DNA of 64,000 nucleotides, taken from the NCBI GenBank assembly GCA_045803545.1, contig JBJMOW010000005.1, positions 1,440,001-1,504,000 on the forward strand, read 5' to 3'. The notes under the pieces were generated by a model that was not told the DNA's origin, did not search any database, and saw only the letters and a list, made by a program, of their open reading frames with translations. Numbering within the stretch: the stretch's first letter is position 1; each line of letters starts with the position of its first letter. Position numbers and translations under genes: made by a program. Of this stretch, positions 1 to 11,052 are shown piece after piece. The stretch is from Gemmatimonadaceae bacterium. GTDB lineage: Bacteria > Gemmatimonadota > Gemmatimonadetes > Gemmatimonadales > Gemmatimonadaceae.

Positions 1-349
1 CGAGCAGTATCGCAAGTTGTCGCCGACGCCTGACAGCTTCCCGGCGCTGGTGAAAAAGGTGATCGCGGCCCAGCGCGAGCCGCTGTCATGGGGCGAGGAC
101 GTGAAGCGCGTGAAGACGCCGGTGCTGCTCATTGCGGGAGACGCCGACGGGTATACGCTCGAGCACATCGTCTCGCTTTTCCGGTTGCTCGGCGGCGGCG
201 CAATGGGTGACATGGGCAAGCCTTTGCCGGCGTCGCGTCTTGCGATCCTACCGGGCACGTCACACACCGCTGTGATCACGCAGGTCGACGTGGTGATGCG
301 GTTCATCGAGCCCTTCCTGAAGGGCGAAACGCCGAAGGGGTTTCAGTGA
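1..349 (+). CDS. Alpha/beta hydrolase, C-terminal part (5' end outside window)
   Basis: TPVLLIAGDAD (acid) and LAILPGTSH (catalytic His) motifs typical of alpha/beta hydrolases. Confidence 0.8.
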   Translation, partial: EQYRKLSPTPDSFPALVKKVIAAQREPLSWGEDVKRVKTPVLLIAGDADGYTLEHIVSLFRLLGGGAMGDMGKPLPASRLAILPGTSHTAVITQVDVVMRFIEPFLKGETPKGFQ

Positions 350-380
350 GCGAGGCGATGGCTGGAAGATGCTCACGTGA

Positions 381-3359
381 CTAGCGGTTACTAGAATCGC
401 TGGCGGTTACCACCGGCAATTTGGCGCCGGACAGCAGCAGTCGGGATCGTGCGTACGTCAGAGTCGGCCGAAGCTGCGGATCGCAGTCTTTCCAAAGCTC
501 GAGAAAGCGAGCGTACGACTGTGCGGCCAATTTTGGTTTGCGGAGGCGCTCGTAGGTTTCCGCGCGCCCCAACGCAGCTTGAGCGAGAAGGATCGGACGT
601 GAGAGAGACGCATAGGCAAGAAGCGCTTGCTCCCACTGGCCCGTGCGTACGTAAAGCGTCGCTTGCAGCACGTTCTCCGGCATATATGCGAAAAAGCCAC
701 TACCAAGCCTCTCGATCGGTACCTCTCGCCGCATACGCTTCATGTGCTCGAGCGCCTCGGCATTGTCTCCCTTTGCCGCCGCGAGTTCCGCCCGCAGTGC
801 GTGTGCGAGTTCCCACGTCATCGTTTTGTGGGAGGCAGCCGCGAAGTACTCAAGCGAGTCTGCCGCGAGGCGCGCAGCTTTCATGTCACCGAGTCGCACG
901 CTCGTTAGGCCAATGAGAAAGAGGCGCGCATGCGTCGGATTGGGATACGCCGTAGAAAACCATCGTATCGCACTGGGGCTGCTCGGAAGCGGAGTTGCAC
1001 CCCAACCGCGGACCTGGTCCCGAAGGGCCGCGAGCTCCACGCTGGAAACGCGGAGATATGGTAGCGACGCTATCAGCACGCGAAGTTCACGCGCCTCTGC
1101 CGGACGGAGAGCTTCGAGGTCATCGAGATCTCGTTTCGCCGCTGTCCACTGTCCGGCTCCAGCATCAATGTACGTGAGATATAAGTAGCCGCTCGCACGA
1201 CTGTCCGGAGCGCGCGCGGAATCGGCCAGTATCAATGCGAGTTTGCGTTGCCGGGGAAAGTTCTCGGAGTATGCGAGCGCCGTCGTCGCTGCCAGAAGCA
1301 CCGTCGCTTCATCCTGCCGCCGCAGGTCGGCTACCAGCTTTGCAACTGCTGCATCATCACCGAACACCACGTCGCGAAGAACTCTCGTCTCCAACGCGCG
1401 ATCACTCCCGGCAGCAACTCGACTCAGGCGAGCGGCAAGTGTGTCAAACTCATCACGTCTATGCTCCGACGCCGAGATTCGCGACAGGTGGATGAGCGCG
1501 CTGACGTGGCCCGGCTCATAGGCCAGCACCTTCTCCCACGCGGCGCGGGATGCTTCAAATGGACGTAGCAGCGCGGAAGTGCCGTGGTATTCGACCTCGG
1601 CCAGCTGATTCCACGCCTCGACATCTTCCGGAAATCTGCTGAGCACGTGTCGGTACCGCTGTTCGGCCTCCGCCAGTCTACCATTGAGGTAATCGTCGAA
1701 GGCCTCTACGAGCTCGCGGTCGTGCTCCGATAGGCGAGCCATGTGTCGGCGTGCCGTCGCTGATGCCGCCCTCGCGCGATCGTAGTCCAACGCCCATTCT
1801 GACGCGAAGGCAAGTCTGTAGCTGCCCAACGCGAATGTGCTGTCGATGTCCGTCGACTTCTGAAATGCGCGCGCCGCTTGCGCGAACTCGCCCTTGGCGA
1901 GCGCGCGCTCGCCATCCAGAAAAAGCTTGAGCGCAGCGAGCGAATCGGTCATCACGCTACCGGCGTCCTGACGGGACATCCTCGGGCCGAGTGACGCCTC
2001 TGCGAGCAGACGACCCGTCAGCCGGTCGATAAGGACGAAGATCTGAGACTCGTCTCCTTCCACGTCCGCCACCGCCACGGCGTTACCCTTTCCCCGGACC
2101 TCGTACATAGCGGCGGAGACTCGAAGGTGGCCGTTTGCATCAACCACATCTCCGAGAACAACTCTTCCCGCACCTAGCTGGCGACTCGCCTCCCGAGCCC
2201 GGTACAAGTCCGACGAAACCAGCGAGTCGCTTCCGAACACGCGCACGATTGCGCGGGTGTCGAGACTTCGAAGGGTTCCCGCGCGGTCGAGATTTCGGCT
2301 GACCAGCTGCATGAGGGCGGTAGCCAGGTAGCTGTTCGCGGCGCTGGCGTGTACGACGAACGGGAATACGACGAGCCTGTTGGGATCGACGGCGGTCGAA
2401 TCTCCATTCGCTCGCCACAGAAAACCACGAATGCCGACTCCCGCAAGACCAAGCGTGACAGCGGCGAAGGTACTAACAAGCAACCGCCTTATGTTACGAC
2501 TCCCTACAACTGCCGGCGAAGGTGCGCGAATTGTCTCGAATGTCGATGTGGAGGCGATCGCAGCAGGATGCACGATCTGCGCAGCGCTCTCATCGGCGCC
2601 GTTGTGCAGCGAGACTTGTAGGTTACCAGCCGGTTTGGAACGCGATTCTCTAAGACTGTGGAGTTGCGAGGTGAACTCGGTGAGCTCAGGGTCGGGCTCA
2701 GTGCCGAGCTCGCCGCGCACACGACGCTCATAAACTCTCGCGTGTTGGAGCGCGCTCTCGGGCTCTCCATAAGCGGCGAGCAGTCGCGTCAGCGTCAGCG
2801 CCGTGCGCGTGCTCAGCGGATCGAGATTCGCGAGCTGCCTCGACCATGAAATAGCTGTTCGAAGGTCGCCGGCGCGTTCTGCATCCGCTGTCAATGTTTC
2901 GAGCGCGCCTTGCACGAGTTGTACGAAGCGTTGGCGCTGGTATGCGACCCACTCCTCGAATTCGGGAACTTCAGTGAGGTGAAATCCGTCGAGGAAAGGT
3001 CCCCTGTAGAGGGTGACCGCCTCGTTTCTCGCACCGCGTACTAGTGCATCCTCGAACGCGGCCACGTCGCTTCTTACGGCGCGGCCATCCAGGCGCAGCT
3101 CGGTGGTGCCAACGAAGAGCGCATGTTCCCCAAGGTCGCGACGGAGGCCGTACAGCGTTTGCCGGAGGGACGAACGTCCATCGTCCATCGTTGCTTCAGG
3201 CCACAGAAAAGAGATCAGCCTGTCGCGACTCATGCCGCGCTCACCAGCGCAGGCGAGTAGGGCTAGAACCGCCAGCGGCTTCTTCCGCGCCGCTGCTCCG
3301 CTCATCGTCCTGCCGTCACTCGCGATCGACAACCCACCGAGCATATGGATTTCGAGCAA
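381..3359 (-). CDS. SARP/BTAD transcriptional activator with TM helix, TolB-N-like domain and TPR repeats
   Basis: N-terminal wHTH (LLACAGERGMSRDRLISFLWPE), BTAD (LYRGPFLDGF...FEEWV), hydrophobic TM, LVVFPF TolB-N-like motif, TPRs. Start set at TTG 3359 by an upstream GGGGG SD and alignment to the paralog at 42433. Confidence 0.85.
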   Translation of the reverse strand: MLEIHMLGGLSIASDGRTMSGAAARKKPLAVLALLACAGERGMSRDRLISFLWPEATMDDGRSSLRQTLYGLRRDLGEHALFVGTTELRLDGRAVRSDVAAFEDALVRGARNEAVTLYRGPFLDGFHLTEVPEFEEWVAYQRQRFVQLVQGALETLTADAERAGDLRTAISWSRQLANLDPLSTRTALTLTRLLAAYGEPESALQHARVYERRVRGELGTEPDPELTEFTSQLHSLRESRSKPAGNLQVSLHNGADESAAQIVHPAAIASTSTFETIRAPSPAVVGSRNIRRLLVSTFAAVTLGLAGVGIRGFLWRANGDSTAVDPNRLVVFPFVVHASAANSYLATALMQLVSRNLDRAGTLRSLDTRAIVRVFGSDSLVSSDLYRAREASRQLGAGRVVLGDVVDANGHLRVSAAMYEVRGKGNAVAVADVEGDESQIFVLIDRLTGRLLAEASLGPRMSRQDAGSVMTDSLAALKLFLDGERALAKGEFAQAARAFQKSTDIDSTFALGSYRLAFASEWALDYDRARAASATARRHMARLSEHDRELVEAFDDYLNGRLAEAEQRYRHVLSRFPEDVEAWNQLAEVEYHGTSALLRPFEASRAAWEKVLAYEPGHVSALIHLSRISASEHRRDEFDTLAARLSRVAAGSDRALETRVLRDVVFGDDAAVAKLVADLRRQDEATVLLAATTALAYSENFPRQRKLALILADSARAPDSRASGYLYLTYIDAGAGQWTAAKRDLDDLEALRPAEARELRVLIASLPYLRVSSVELAALRDQVRGWGATPLPSSPSAIRWFSTAYPNPTHARLFLIGLTSVRLGDMKAARLAADSLEYFAAASHKTMTWELAHALRAELAAAKGDNAEALEHMKRMRREVPIERLGSGFFAYMPENVLQATLYVRTGQWEQALLAYASLSRPILLAQAALGRAETYERLRKPKLAAQSYARFLELWKDCDPQLRPTLTYARSRLLLSGAKLPVVTASDSSNR

Positions 3360-3532
3360 CGCGCCCCCTTTCACGGGATTCTCACGGCTTTGTGACGGCC
3401 GGCGTCGAGTATAGACCACGCGGAATTGCAACGCAATGCCGCTACGCCGACCACTCCCTCGACGACCGCCACCGAGTCGCCGACGAATCGTTTCACCTCG
3501 CTCGGCGTCCACCGTTTCCGAGGGCTAGTACT

Positions 3533-5232
3533 ATGTTGAGGTTCAACCATCGGGTTGCTAAGCTCCGCGCCCAACCAGCGGCGCGCACAGTTTTTCTGTT
3601 GCTGGCGAGCTGTCTCGGCGCCTGTACCGACTTGCAGTCGCCGACGGAATCGGCGCGGACGTTACCATTACCCTCCCGCGTCAGCGGTGATATGTCATCA
3701 GTTGTTGTCGGCGGAATCGAGGTTCGCGCGCTTTTCGCGGGGATGATTGGCGAAGCAATGCACATCAGCGGGGCGGGCCGCATCGGAGGTGTCTCATATC
3801 CCGGCCATCACGCGCGGTTTTGGGCCAACGCATCTACCGACAACATCGACATCCCGACTCTTGGCGGCCAGTACGGTACGGGAATGGGAGTGAATGACGC
3901 CGGTGCAGTCGTCGGTTATGCGTGGACCGCAGTCGAAGGCGATCGAGCATTCATCTGGACGCAGGCGTCGGGCACAGTTCGCTTGCCTGACTTAGGCGAT
4001 CGCACGCGCGCATACGCGATTAACAGTGCAGGAGTCGTTGTGGGCCAAGCGGATATGCCCGGTAGCTCAGACCACGCGTGGATGTGGACTCCGAACGTTG
4101 CCAACGGAACGCTCGGAACGCTGGTCGACCTTGGCGATCAGTGGAGCCCGGAGAGGAGCGAGGCGAACGATATTAACGATGCCGGTCTAATCGTTGGCTG
4201 GCGGGATGCAGCGACCTTCACGCCGCGCGCGGTGAAGTGGTCGGCAAGCACGGGGATTGAGCAGCTTCCCACTCTCAGCGGGTCTGGTTTGGGCTACGCG
4301 CGCGGGGTGAACAATAATGGTGATGTCGCCGGGTACAGCACCGCGGCGGATGGTACGCTACACGCGACCCTATGGAGGAATGGCGAGTCCACCCCGATCG
4401 ATCTCAATACTTATTCTCCTGGCTGCTCGGGCCAGAGTTACGCGTACGGCGTGAATGATTTGGGTTGGGTCGCTGGCCAGTGTGGAACGGTCCCGGTGGT
4501 CTGGAGTCCGACTGAAATGGTTGCGCTCCCCGCTAATCCAGCGTGGGGATCGACAAATGGCGAAGCGCGGCACATCAACAACGCTGGAGAAATCGTAGGT
4601 ACGATGGTTGGGACACCGGTGTATTGGAAAGTCTCGATCACGCAACCACAGAGTATCAGCTTTACGTCGAGTCCACCCAACCCGGCTGTAATTGGTAGCA
4701 GCTACTCTCCAAGTGCGAGCGGCGGAGCGTCAGGGAACCCCGTTGAATTCAGTTCGCTGACCGCTTCGGTTTGCGCAGTATCCGGCAGTACCGTGAGTCT
4801 CAGCAACGTTGGAACGTGCACGATTGCAGTAACCAATCGGGGAACGCCGGCTACGACGCAGCACCACAAGTAACTCAAAGCTTCTCTATCGTATTTCCAT
4901 TTGTCGGGTTCTTCTCGCCCGTCGACAACCTTCCTGTCGTCAATGTTGCACAGGCAGGATCTGCCATCCCAGTGAAGTTCAGCCTGGGAGGCAACAGAGG
5001 TTTGTCCATTCTAGCGCAGGGATCGCCGTCCTCCGCGGCCTACGCCTGCGTCAGCGCGCCTCAAGACGACATCGAACAGACGGTCGCTGCGACTACGAGT
5101 GGTCTTCAATACGACGGCACGCAGTACATCTACGTGTGGAAGACCGAGAAAGCGTGGGGCAAGACATGCCGCCAATTGGTGGTTAAGCTCACCGACGGCA
5201 CAACCCACCGCGCGAATTTCCAGTTCCGTTAA
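3533..5232 (+). pseudogene. Lipoprotein with HAF extracellular repeats, Ig-like domain and C-terminal PxKF domain; frameshift at ~4830
   Basis: Lipobox LGAC; repeated A.AIN..G.VVG / HA..W units. ORF 3533-4873 continues in another frame as NQSGNAGYDAAPQV...IPVKFSL (4771-5232). Could be a sequencing error. Confidence 0.75.
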
Positions 5233-5578
5233 ACGATTTCCGGTTCGAGAGGGAGGATACGGCGGGGCCAGAGCACGGCCTCGCCGTCACGCTGCTGAGG
5301 GAGCGGAGACCTTCGTCGGCTTCACCCATTTCGTGTGAAGGGGGAAACGCCGAAGCAGCTTGCTTTGGAACTTGATCTGCTTCGCCCATTTTCGTGTCGG
5401 GCGGTAGCGACCGTGGCGGAATGGTTTTGGTGAGCACCAGCGCGCGCGTTCCCACGGTTGCGGTCCGGTGGCTCGGTGGTGCGGGCGCTTTCGCAGGCGC
5501 AGCGAGAAGCGCTGCGCAATCGGGCTACCTCCGGTCCGTTCTATTGGGCAGGGTTCGTTCTTACGGGCGGGAGCTAGG

Positions 5579-8326
5579 ATGATACCAATGTTTTCGCGCA
5601 GGCTTTCTCTTCGTAATCTCGGCTTCGCCATTCTCGCAGCCGTTACCGCGGGCTGCTCGCATGATACCGTGGGTCCTCCCGACCCGGGCCCGCGTCCCGG
5701 CGCCGCGTCGTCCCCAATGTATGTATCCAATTCCAGGTCGATATCGAGCGCGAACTCCGCTATTGCAGGAGTTTCCGGCTACCGCGGCGGACTCGGTTCG
5801 ATGTCGGTTGGCGCCGCCGACGCCAACGTCGCATTCATCTCGTTGCAACCGCAAACAGTTCCCGGCGGCGTCACAGCCATCGTCAGTAATGTCCGATCGG
5901 GCGCAAGCGTGACGACTTCGATGGTGGACGGAGGAATGGATCCCATTCCAGTGCCTGCAGTTGCCGGCGACAGTATAACGATCGAGGCGCAGGCCGCGTC
6001 GGGGGCGGCGCTTGTTACGCTCGGTAATTCCGTTCCTAGCCGGCGGCCGCCCAAAATCGTGCGCACCCTTCCTGGCCGCGGCAAAACGGGCGTGCCGCTT
6101 AATAAGACCATCGAAGTCGTGTTCACTGAGCCGGTCGCACAGGCTTCACTGCCGTCATCAATCCGGCTGTTCCAGGGGAACGCGGAGGTTTCCGGCACCG
6201 CCACGATTCTGCAGGGAGTTACGGCGGCAGTCGTGTTCAAACCAGCGGCTAACCTTGCAGCCAACACCGACTACGAATTGGTCGTAACCAATGGCGTTCG
6301 CGATCTCGATGGCGATGCAGCCGATTCGACCGTGAGAGTTTCATTCACCACGGGTACGTCGATCGAGGGACCGGTCGTGTCGCTGAGTATCATCCCTGAT
6401 GGTGCGAATCTCCGGGTCGGAGATCAGTTCCAGGCGGTAGTCGTCGCAAAGGATGCCGGAGGAAACGAGCTGATCGGTCATGCAATCAGGTGGTACACCG
6501 ACACTCTCACCGCTGTGGATGTGACAACCACCGGGTTGGTTACGGCGCGAGATGAAGGAGGCGAGAATGTGTTTGCCGAGGTGGACGGCTTGACAGCCTC
6601 GATCAACGTGCGCGTTTCGAACGCGCTACGGCCGGTAGCGTCAGTGATGGTTGCGTTCGATTCAGGCACCGTTGCGGCGGGCGGCACATTACAGGTAGCT
6701 GCTCTAGCCCTGGATGCAGATGGAAACCTGCTGCCGCAACGCGTCGTACACTGGTCCACCACTAATGCTGCGATCGCTACTGTAGCCGCGTTCAATCAGT
6801 CTCCACAAACCGACATCAACCGCGCGTGGTTCAAGGGGTACCCAGCGACAGCGTCCGCGATTTACTGGGCGAACGTGACTGGCGTTGCAAACGGCGTCGC
6901 TCGGATTGTCGCGACAATCGACAACCATAGCGACACGTTGGTAGTGACGGTCGGCTCCTCATTCCCGGTCGTCGGCTTTGTCGTCCCAGATACGGCTACC
7001 TTGTTGTTACGCGAGATGGCGCCGTTGATGGGCTCGAGTGTGAATTCTGCGGGTGGACGCGCAGAGATACCAGCGACGCAGATCCAGTGGGAATCCTCGA
7101 ACCCTGCTGTTGCGACGGTCGATGTAAACGGATTCGTCGTCGCCGCTGCCGCGGGTTCTGCTATCATCACCGCTCACTGGAACACTTACAGTGCGGCCAC
7201 GCGCGTCACCGTTGTCCAAGTGACATTCGAATCATTGAACGCTGGTGGTTCGTATACTTATGCTGGTGGGCATAGCTGCGGGATTGCAACGGATGGGGCC
7301 ACATACTGTTGGGGAGCCAACTGGGCTGGCCAGGTCGGACGACCGACAGTAGCTGAAAGTGATTTTCAGCCGGCGGCGCTTTTCTATCGAAAACCCGTCC
7401 CCGTTGCGCAGGGGTTTGCCTTTGTCACACTCGCCGCAGGTAGCAATTATTCATGCGGTTTGACGGCAGCGGGCGCGGCCTACTGTTGGGGGCGTAACGA
7501 TTCCGGCCAGCTCGGCTCGAATAACGCTGATGACTCGTGGCGGCCAGTGGCTGTCAGCGGTGGCTTTTCGTTTGTGGAAATCGACGCGGGCAGCGGCAAC
7601 CATACTTGTGCGCTTACGTCCTCCGGGAAGGCCTACTGCTGGGGCGTCGGGGGCCTTGGAATTACCGGCGTGATGGAGAGCCGCGTTCCGGTTGCCGTCT
7701 ATGGTGGAATCAACTTCGCAACGTTGAGCGTGGGTGGTAGCCACACCTGCGGCCTCACATCAGACGGGACCGCGTATTGTTGGGGCGATAACAACGCTGG
7801 TCAGCTTGGTGTTGGGCAGTTTGGCAATCGGATGGATACTCCAGTAGCGGTCAGCGGCGGATTGAAGTTCGCCACCATCACTACTGGTGATGCGCACACG
7901 TGTGGCGTGACGTTGAGCGGCTCACTGTACTGCTGGGGACACAACGCGTTCGACGAGTCGGGAACCGGACCGTTTTTCGATAATAGCTACGTGCCAGCAC
8001 CCGTCATCACCAATCTTAAGTTCTCGGTGGTCGGCGCCGGACCCACTCATACGTGCGCTCTCGACGTGACTGGTAACGCCTATTGCTGGGGATTCAATGA
8101 GGGTGGCCAGCTCGGTATTGGAACCGTTACAACGGAACTCTTCGAGACTCCGCAACGTGTTATCGGCGACCTCACCTTCGACAGGCTGAGTGTACGCGGC
8201 TCGCATACCTGCGCTCGTTCTACGGCGGGAGGTTGGTATTGTTGGGGAAACAACGAAACAGGCGCGCTCGGCGTCGGAAGCAGCAATTCCAGTGGCACAC
8301 CACTCAAAGTGCTAGGGCAACAATAG
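5579..8326 (+). CDS. Lipoprotein with Ig-like (Big_5/Big_2) domains and RCC1 repeat beta-propeller
   Basis: Lipobox TAGC; W.S.NPAVATV Big_2 motifs; about seven HTCG...G.AYCWG.N..GQLG repeats. Confidence 0.9.
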   Translation: MIPMFSRRLSLRNLGFAILAAVTAGCSHDTVGPPDPGPRPGAASSPMYVSNSRSISSANSAIAGVSGYRGGLGSMSVGAADANVAFISLQPQTVPGGVTAIVSNVRSGASVTTSMVDGGMDPIPVPAVAGDSITIEAQAASGAALVTLGNSVPSRRPPKIVRTLPGRGKTGVPLNKTIEVVFTEPVAQASLPSSIRLFQGNAEVSGTATILQGVTAAVVFKPAANLAANTDYELVVTNGVRDLDGDAADSTVRVSFTTGTSIEGPVVSLSIIPDGANLRVGDQFQAVVVAKDAGGNELIGHAIRWYTDTLTAVDVTTTGLVTARDEGGENVFAEVDGLTASINVRVSNALRPVASVMVAFDSGTVAAGGTLQVAALALDADGNLLPQRVVHWSTTNAAIATVAAFNQSPQTDINRAWFKGYPATASAIYWANVTGVANGVARIVATIDNHSDTLVVTVGSSFPVVGFVVPDTATLLLREMAPLMGSSVNSAGGRAEIPATQIQWESSNPAVATVDVNGFVVAAAAGSAIITAHWNTYSAATRVTVVQVTFESLNAGGSYTYAGGHSCGIATDGATYCWGANWAGQVGRPTVAESDFQPAALFYRKPVPVAQGFAFVTLAAGSNYSCGLTAAGAAYCWGRNDSGQLGSNNADDSWRPVAVSGGFSFVEIDAGSGNHTCALTSSGKAYCWGVGGLGITGVMESRVPVAVYGGINFATLSVGGSHTCGLTSDGTAYCWGDNNAGQLGVGQFGNRMDTPVAVSGGLKFATITTGDAHTCGVTLSGSLYCWGHNAFDESGTGPFFDNSYVPAPVITNLKFSVVGAGPTHTCALDVTGNAYCWGFNEGGQLGIGTVTTELFETPQRVIGDLTFDRLSVRGSHTCARSTAGGWYCWGNNETGALGVGSSNSSGTPLKVLGQQ

Positions 8327-8524
8327 CGGTTACGCGCAAAACAATCGCGTCAGTCCGTTTTTCCTGTTTTTATTTTGCAGTTAAGTCAGTCGGAAGACCT
8401 GTAGATAGTTTGAACTCTCCCCGACCATCCGATAGGTTGCAGCAGGTGCATTGAACTTGACTCCAACCAGGACTGAACCGCGTCTCAGGTATCCCGCGTA
8501 GAAGAGGATTGTCCGCTCGCCGGC

Positions 8525-9730
8525 GTGCTCGCCGAGCGGCTCAGGGCTTCCCGGCGTGAGCTCACCGCGCTCTGGCTCGATCGGATCTCCAGCCGCATTG
8601 CGCTCGACCCGAACAAAGTCTTCCCGACTGAGGATCTGCTCGACCACGTCCCGCTCCTCATCGACGGAGTGGCCGAGTATGTCCAGAATCCCGCGGCCGA
8701 GATCGGCGCCGACATGCCGGTCGTCGCCAAGGCGATGGAGCTGGGCGCGCTGCGTCACGGGCAGGGTTTCGACGCCTATCAGATCCTCAAGGAGTACGAG
8801 TTCCTCGGCGGGATCCTCTTCACATTCTTCACGAAGACGGTCGACGAAATCGACGAGCCCTGCGGCAAAGCGGAGCTGATGGCGTGCGGATCGCGACTCT
8901 TCCGCGCGATCACCATCATCCAGCAGGCGACGATGACGCACTTTCTCGTGCTCGCGGACAAGGTGGTCGCGGAGCGCGAAGACAGACTGCGCGCGTTCAA
9001 CCGCGTCATCTCCCACGAGATCAAGAACCGCATCGGCGCGGTGCTCGGCGCCAGCAGCGTGCTGAGAGAAGTACCCAATCTGCCCGTCGACAAGCACGAC
9101 GAGCTGGTCGACATCATCGGACGCAACGCGCGCGAGATGGGTGACACCGTCGACAACGTGATCGTTCTCTCCCGCGTCGGAACCGACGACGCGCGCCAGC
9201 ACCGCAACATCATGCTTCCGGAAGCGATCCGGGAAGCAGTGCGTCAGCTTCGCGAAGCCGCGCAGTCTGCCAAGGTCGATGTCCGTATCGACGCCAACAT
9301 TCCCGCAATCGAAGTCAACGCCGCGGTGATAGAGCTGTGCATCAAGAACTACCTCTCGAACGCGCTCAAGTACGCCGAGCCCGCGAGGGGCAACCGGTTC
9401 GTCGAGATCAGCGCCGTCGAGGAGGAGAAGATCACTGGCAAGCGCGAGCTGATCGTGCGCGTCGCGGACAACGGAATCGGAGTGCCGTCGGACAAGCGAG
9501 AGCACCTCTTCGAGCGATTCTATCGTGCTCACGAAGGCAACATGGCGATCACGGGAACCGGGCTTGGCCTCAACATCGTGCGCGAGATTGCCGAAGCGCA
9601 GGGAGGAAGGGCGTGGGCCGAGTACCCGGAGCAGGGGTCGATCTTTTTGCTGGCCCTGCCGCTTCGACGAGAGAAGGAGGTGACGGGCGAGCATCGGGCC
9701 CACACAGGCGCGCTTCAAACGCGTCCATAG
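8525..9730 (+). CDS. Cytoplasmic sensor histidine kinase (RsbRD-N-like input + HisKA + HATPase)
   Basis: H-box ISHEIKN, N-box NYLSNALKY, G1 VADNGIG, F-box LFERFYR, G2 GTGLGL. True start may lie a few codons upstream. Confidence 0.9.
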   Translation: MLAERLRASRRELTALWLDRISSRIALDPNKVFPTEDLLDHVPLLIDGVAEYVQNPAAEIGADMPVVAKAMELGALRHGQGFDAYQILKEYEFLGGILFTFFTKTVDEIDEPCGKAELMACGSRLFRAITIIQQATMTHFLVLADKVVAEREDRLRAFNRVISHEIKNRIGAVLGASSVLREVPNLPVDKHDELVDIIGRNAREMGDTVDNVIVLSRVGTDDARQHRNIMLPEAIREAVRQLREAAQSAKVDVRIDANIPAIEVNAAVIELCIKNYLSNALKYAEPARGNRFVEISAVEEEKITGKRELIVRVADNGIGVPSDKREHLFERFYRAHEGNMAITGTGLGLNIVREIAEAQGGRAWAEYPEQGSIFLLALPLRREKEVTGEHRAHTGALQTRP

Positions 9731-9805
9731 TCGACCCACCTTCCCTCCGCTGGCGGATGTTCACTCACGCACCCCATGTTCTGAATCCCACCGCTGGAGG
9801 GATTC

Positions 9806-10810
9806 ATGTCCGTCAACAGCTACGCTGCCTTCGCTCCCCACGAGAGCCTCAAACCGCACACATTCGATTTCGGCGCGCTCGGCGCCAATGAAGTCGAGAT
9901 CGACGTCAGCCACTGCGGTATCTGTCACAGCGATCTTCATCTCATCGACAACGATTGGGGATTCAGCTCATACCCGTTGACGCCCGGCCACGAAGCCGCC
10001 GGCGAAGTAGTCGCACTCGGCTCGGCGGTGAAGTCGCTGAAGCCGGGAGATCGTGTCGGTGTGGGTTGGCTCGCGGGGAGCTGCGGGTCGTGCGAGCAAT
10101 GCACCGAAGGCCACGAGAACAACTGCGCTGGATGGCAGCCCACCTGCGTCGGCAGAGCGGGCGGGTTCGCCGACAAGCTGCGCGTAGATCACCGCTTCGC
10201 CTTCGAGCTCCCGAAAGAAATTAAGTCGGACGAAGCCGGTCCGCTCATGTGCGGTGGAGCGACGATGTTCAGTCCACTCGAGGACAACGACGTGAAGGAC
10301 GGCGCCCGAGTTGGAGTCGTCAGCATCGGCGGCCTCGGCCACCTCGGCGTCCAGTTCGCCCGAGCGCGTGGGTGCAAAGTGACAGCGTTCTCGACATCAG
10401 CGAGCAAAGAGGCAGAGTGTCGCGAGATGGGAGCGTCGGATTTTGCCGTCATCACGGATGCCGATGCAGTCAAAGCCCGAATGAATTCACTGGATTTTCT
10501 GATGACGACGGCCCCGACGGATTTGCCGTGGGACACACTCATCGGACTTCTACGTCCGCGGGGAGCGTTATGCATACTCGGCATCCCGCCCAATCCGGTG
10601 CAGTTCCAATCATTCCCGCTGCTCGCGGGCAGCAAGAAGATTATCGGCAGCAACACCGGCAGCGCTCGCGGAATCAAATCGATGTTGCACACCGCGGCCA
10701 AGAAGGGCGTGAGGCCCTTGGTCGAACGTCACGCGATGGCGGATGTAAATACTGCGCTCGATCGAGTGAGGAACAACCAGATCAGGTACCGTGCGGTGCT
10801 GGTGGCGTAG
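9806..10810 (+). CDS. Zn-dependent NAD(P) alcohol/aldehyde dehydrogenase (CAD/Ahr-like)
   Basis: CGICHSD, PGHE, structural Zn CGSCEQC...C, IGGLGHLG; SD GGAGG upstream. Confidence 0.92.
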   Translation: MSVNSYAAFAPHESLKPHTFDFGALGANEVEIDVSHCGICHSDLHLIDNDWGFSSYPLTPGHEAAGEVVALGSAVKSLKPGDRVGVGWLAGSCGSCEQCTEGHENNCAGWQPTCVGRAGGFADKLRVDHRFAFELPKEIKSDEAGPLMCGGATMFSPLEDNDVKDGARVGVVSIGGLGHLGVQFARARGCKVTAFSTSASKEAECREMGASDFAVITDADAVKARMNSLDFLMTTAPTDLPWDTLIGLLRPRGALCILGIPPNPVQFQSFPLLAGSKKIIGSNTGSARGIKSMLHTAAKKGVRPLVERHAMADVNTALDRVRNNQIRYRAVLVA

Positions 10811-11052
10811 GAACTCGTTGTTGGCTGGAACTCGGTGCAGACGTTGAACACCGCCTGCGCGTAGTAGTCGTGCGGTGGAGATCAGCGAGACTTTTTCGAT
10901 CCTCAGCACGTTCGCTTGGGTAGTATCTACAAGGCGTTGGTGACGACGCCGCGGGATCTGGCGCCGCCCAAAACGTCGCCACCAATCAAGACGGTGAGGC
11001 GATGTACCCGCGAAATGGTCGCCCACTGGTGACACAGCGAGCATGTGCTGGG

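Noticed and set aside
3044..3532. N-terminal extension of the HAF protein
   Set aside because: Overlaps the divergent BTAD gene; the signal peptide and lipobox follow ATG 3533
5315..5400. Short imperfect direct repeat (CTTC.CCCATTT..GTGT) and ORF 5189-5455
   Set aside because: Only two copies and no recognisable product or RNA structure
8381..9739. 452-aa minus-strand ORF
   Set aside because: Antisense shadow of the histidine kinase, expected at high GC
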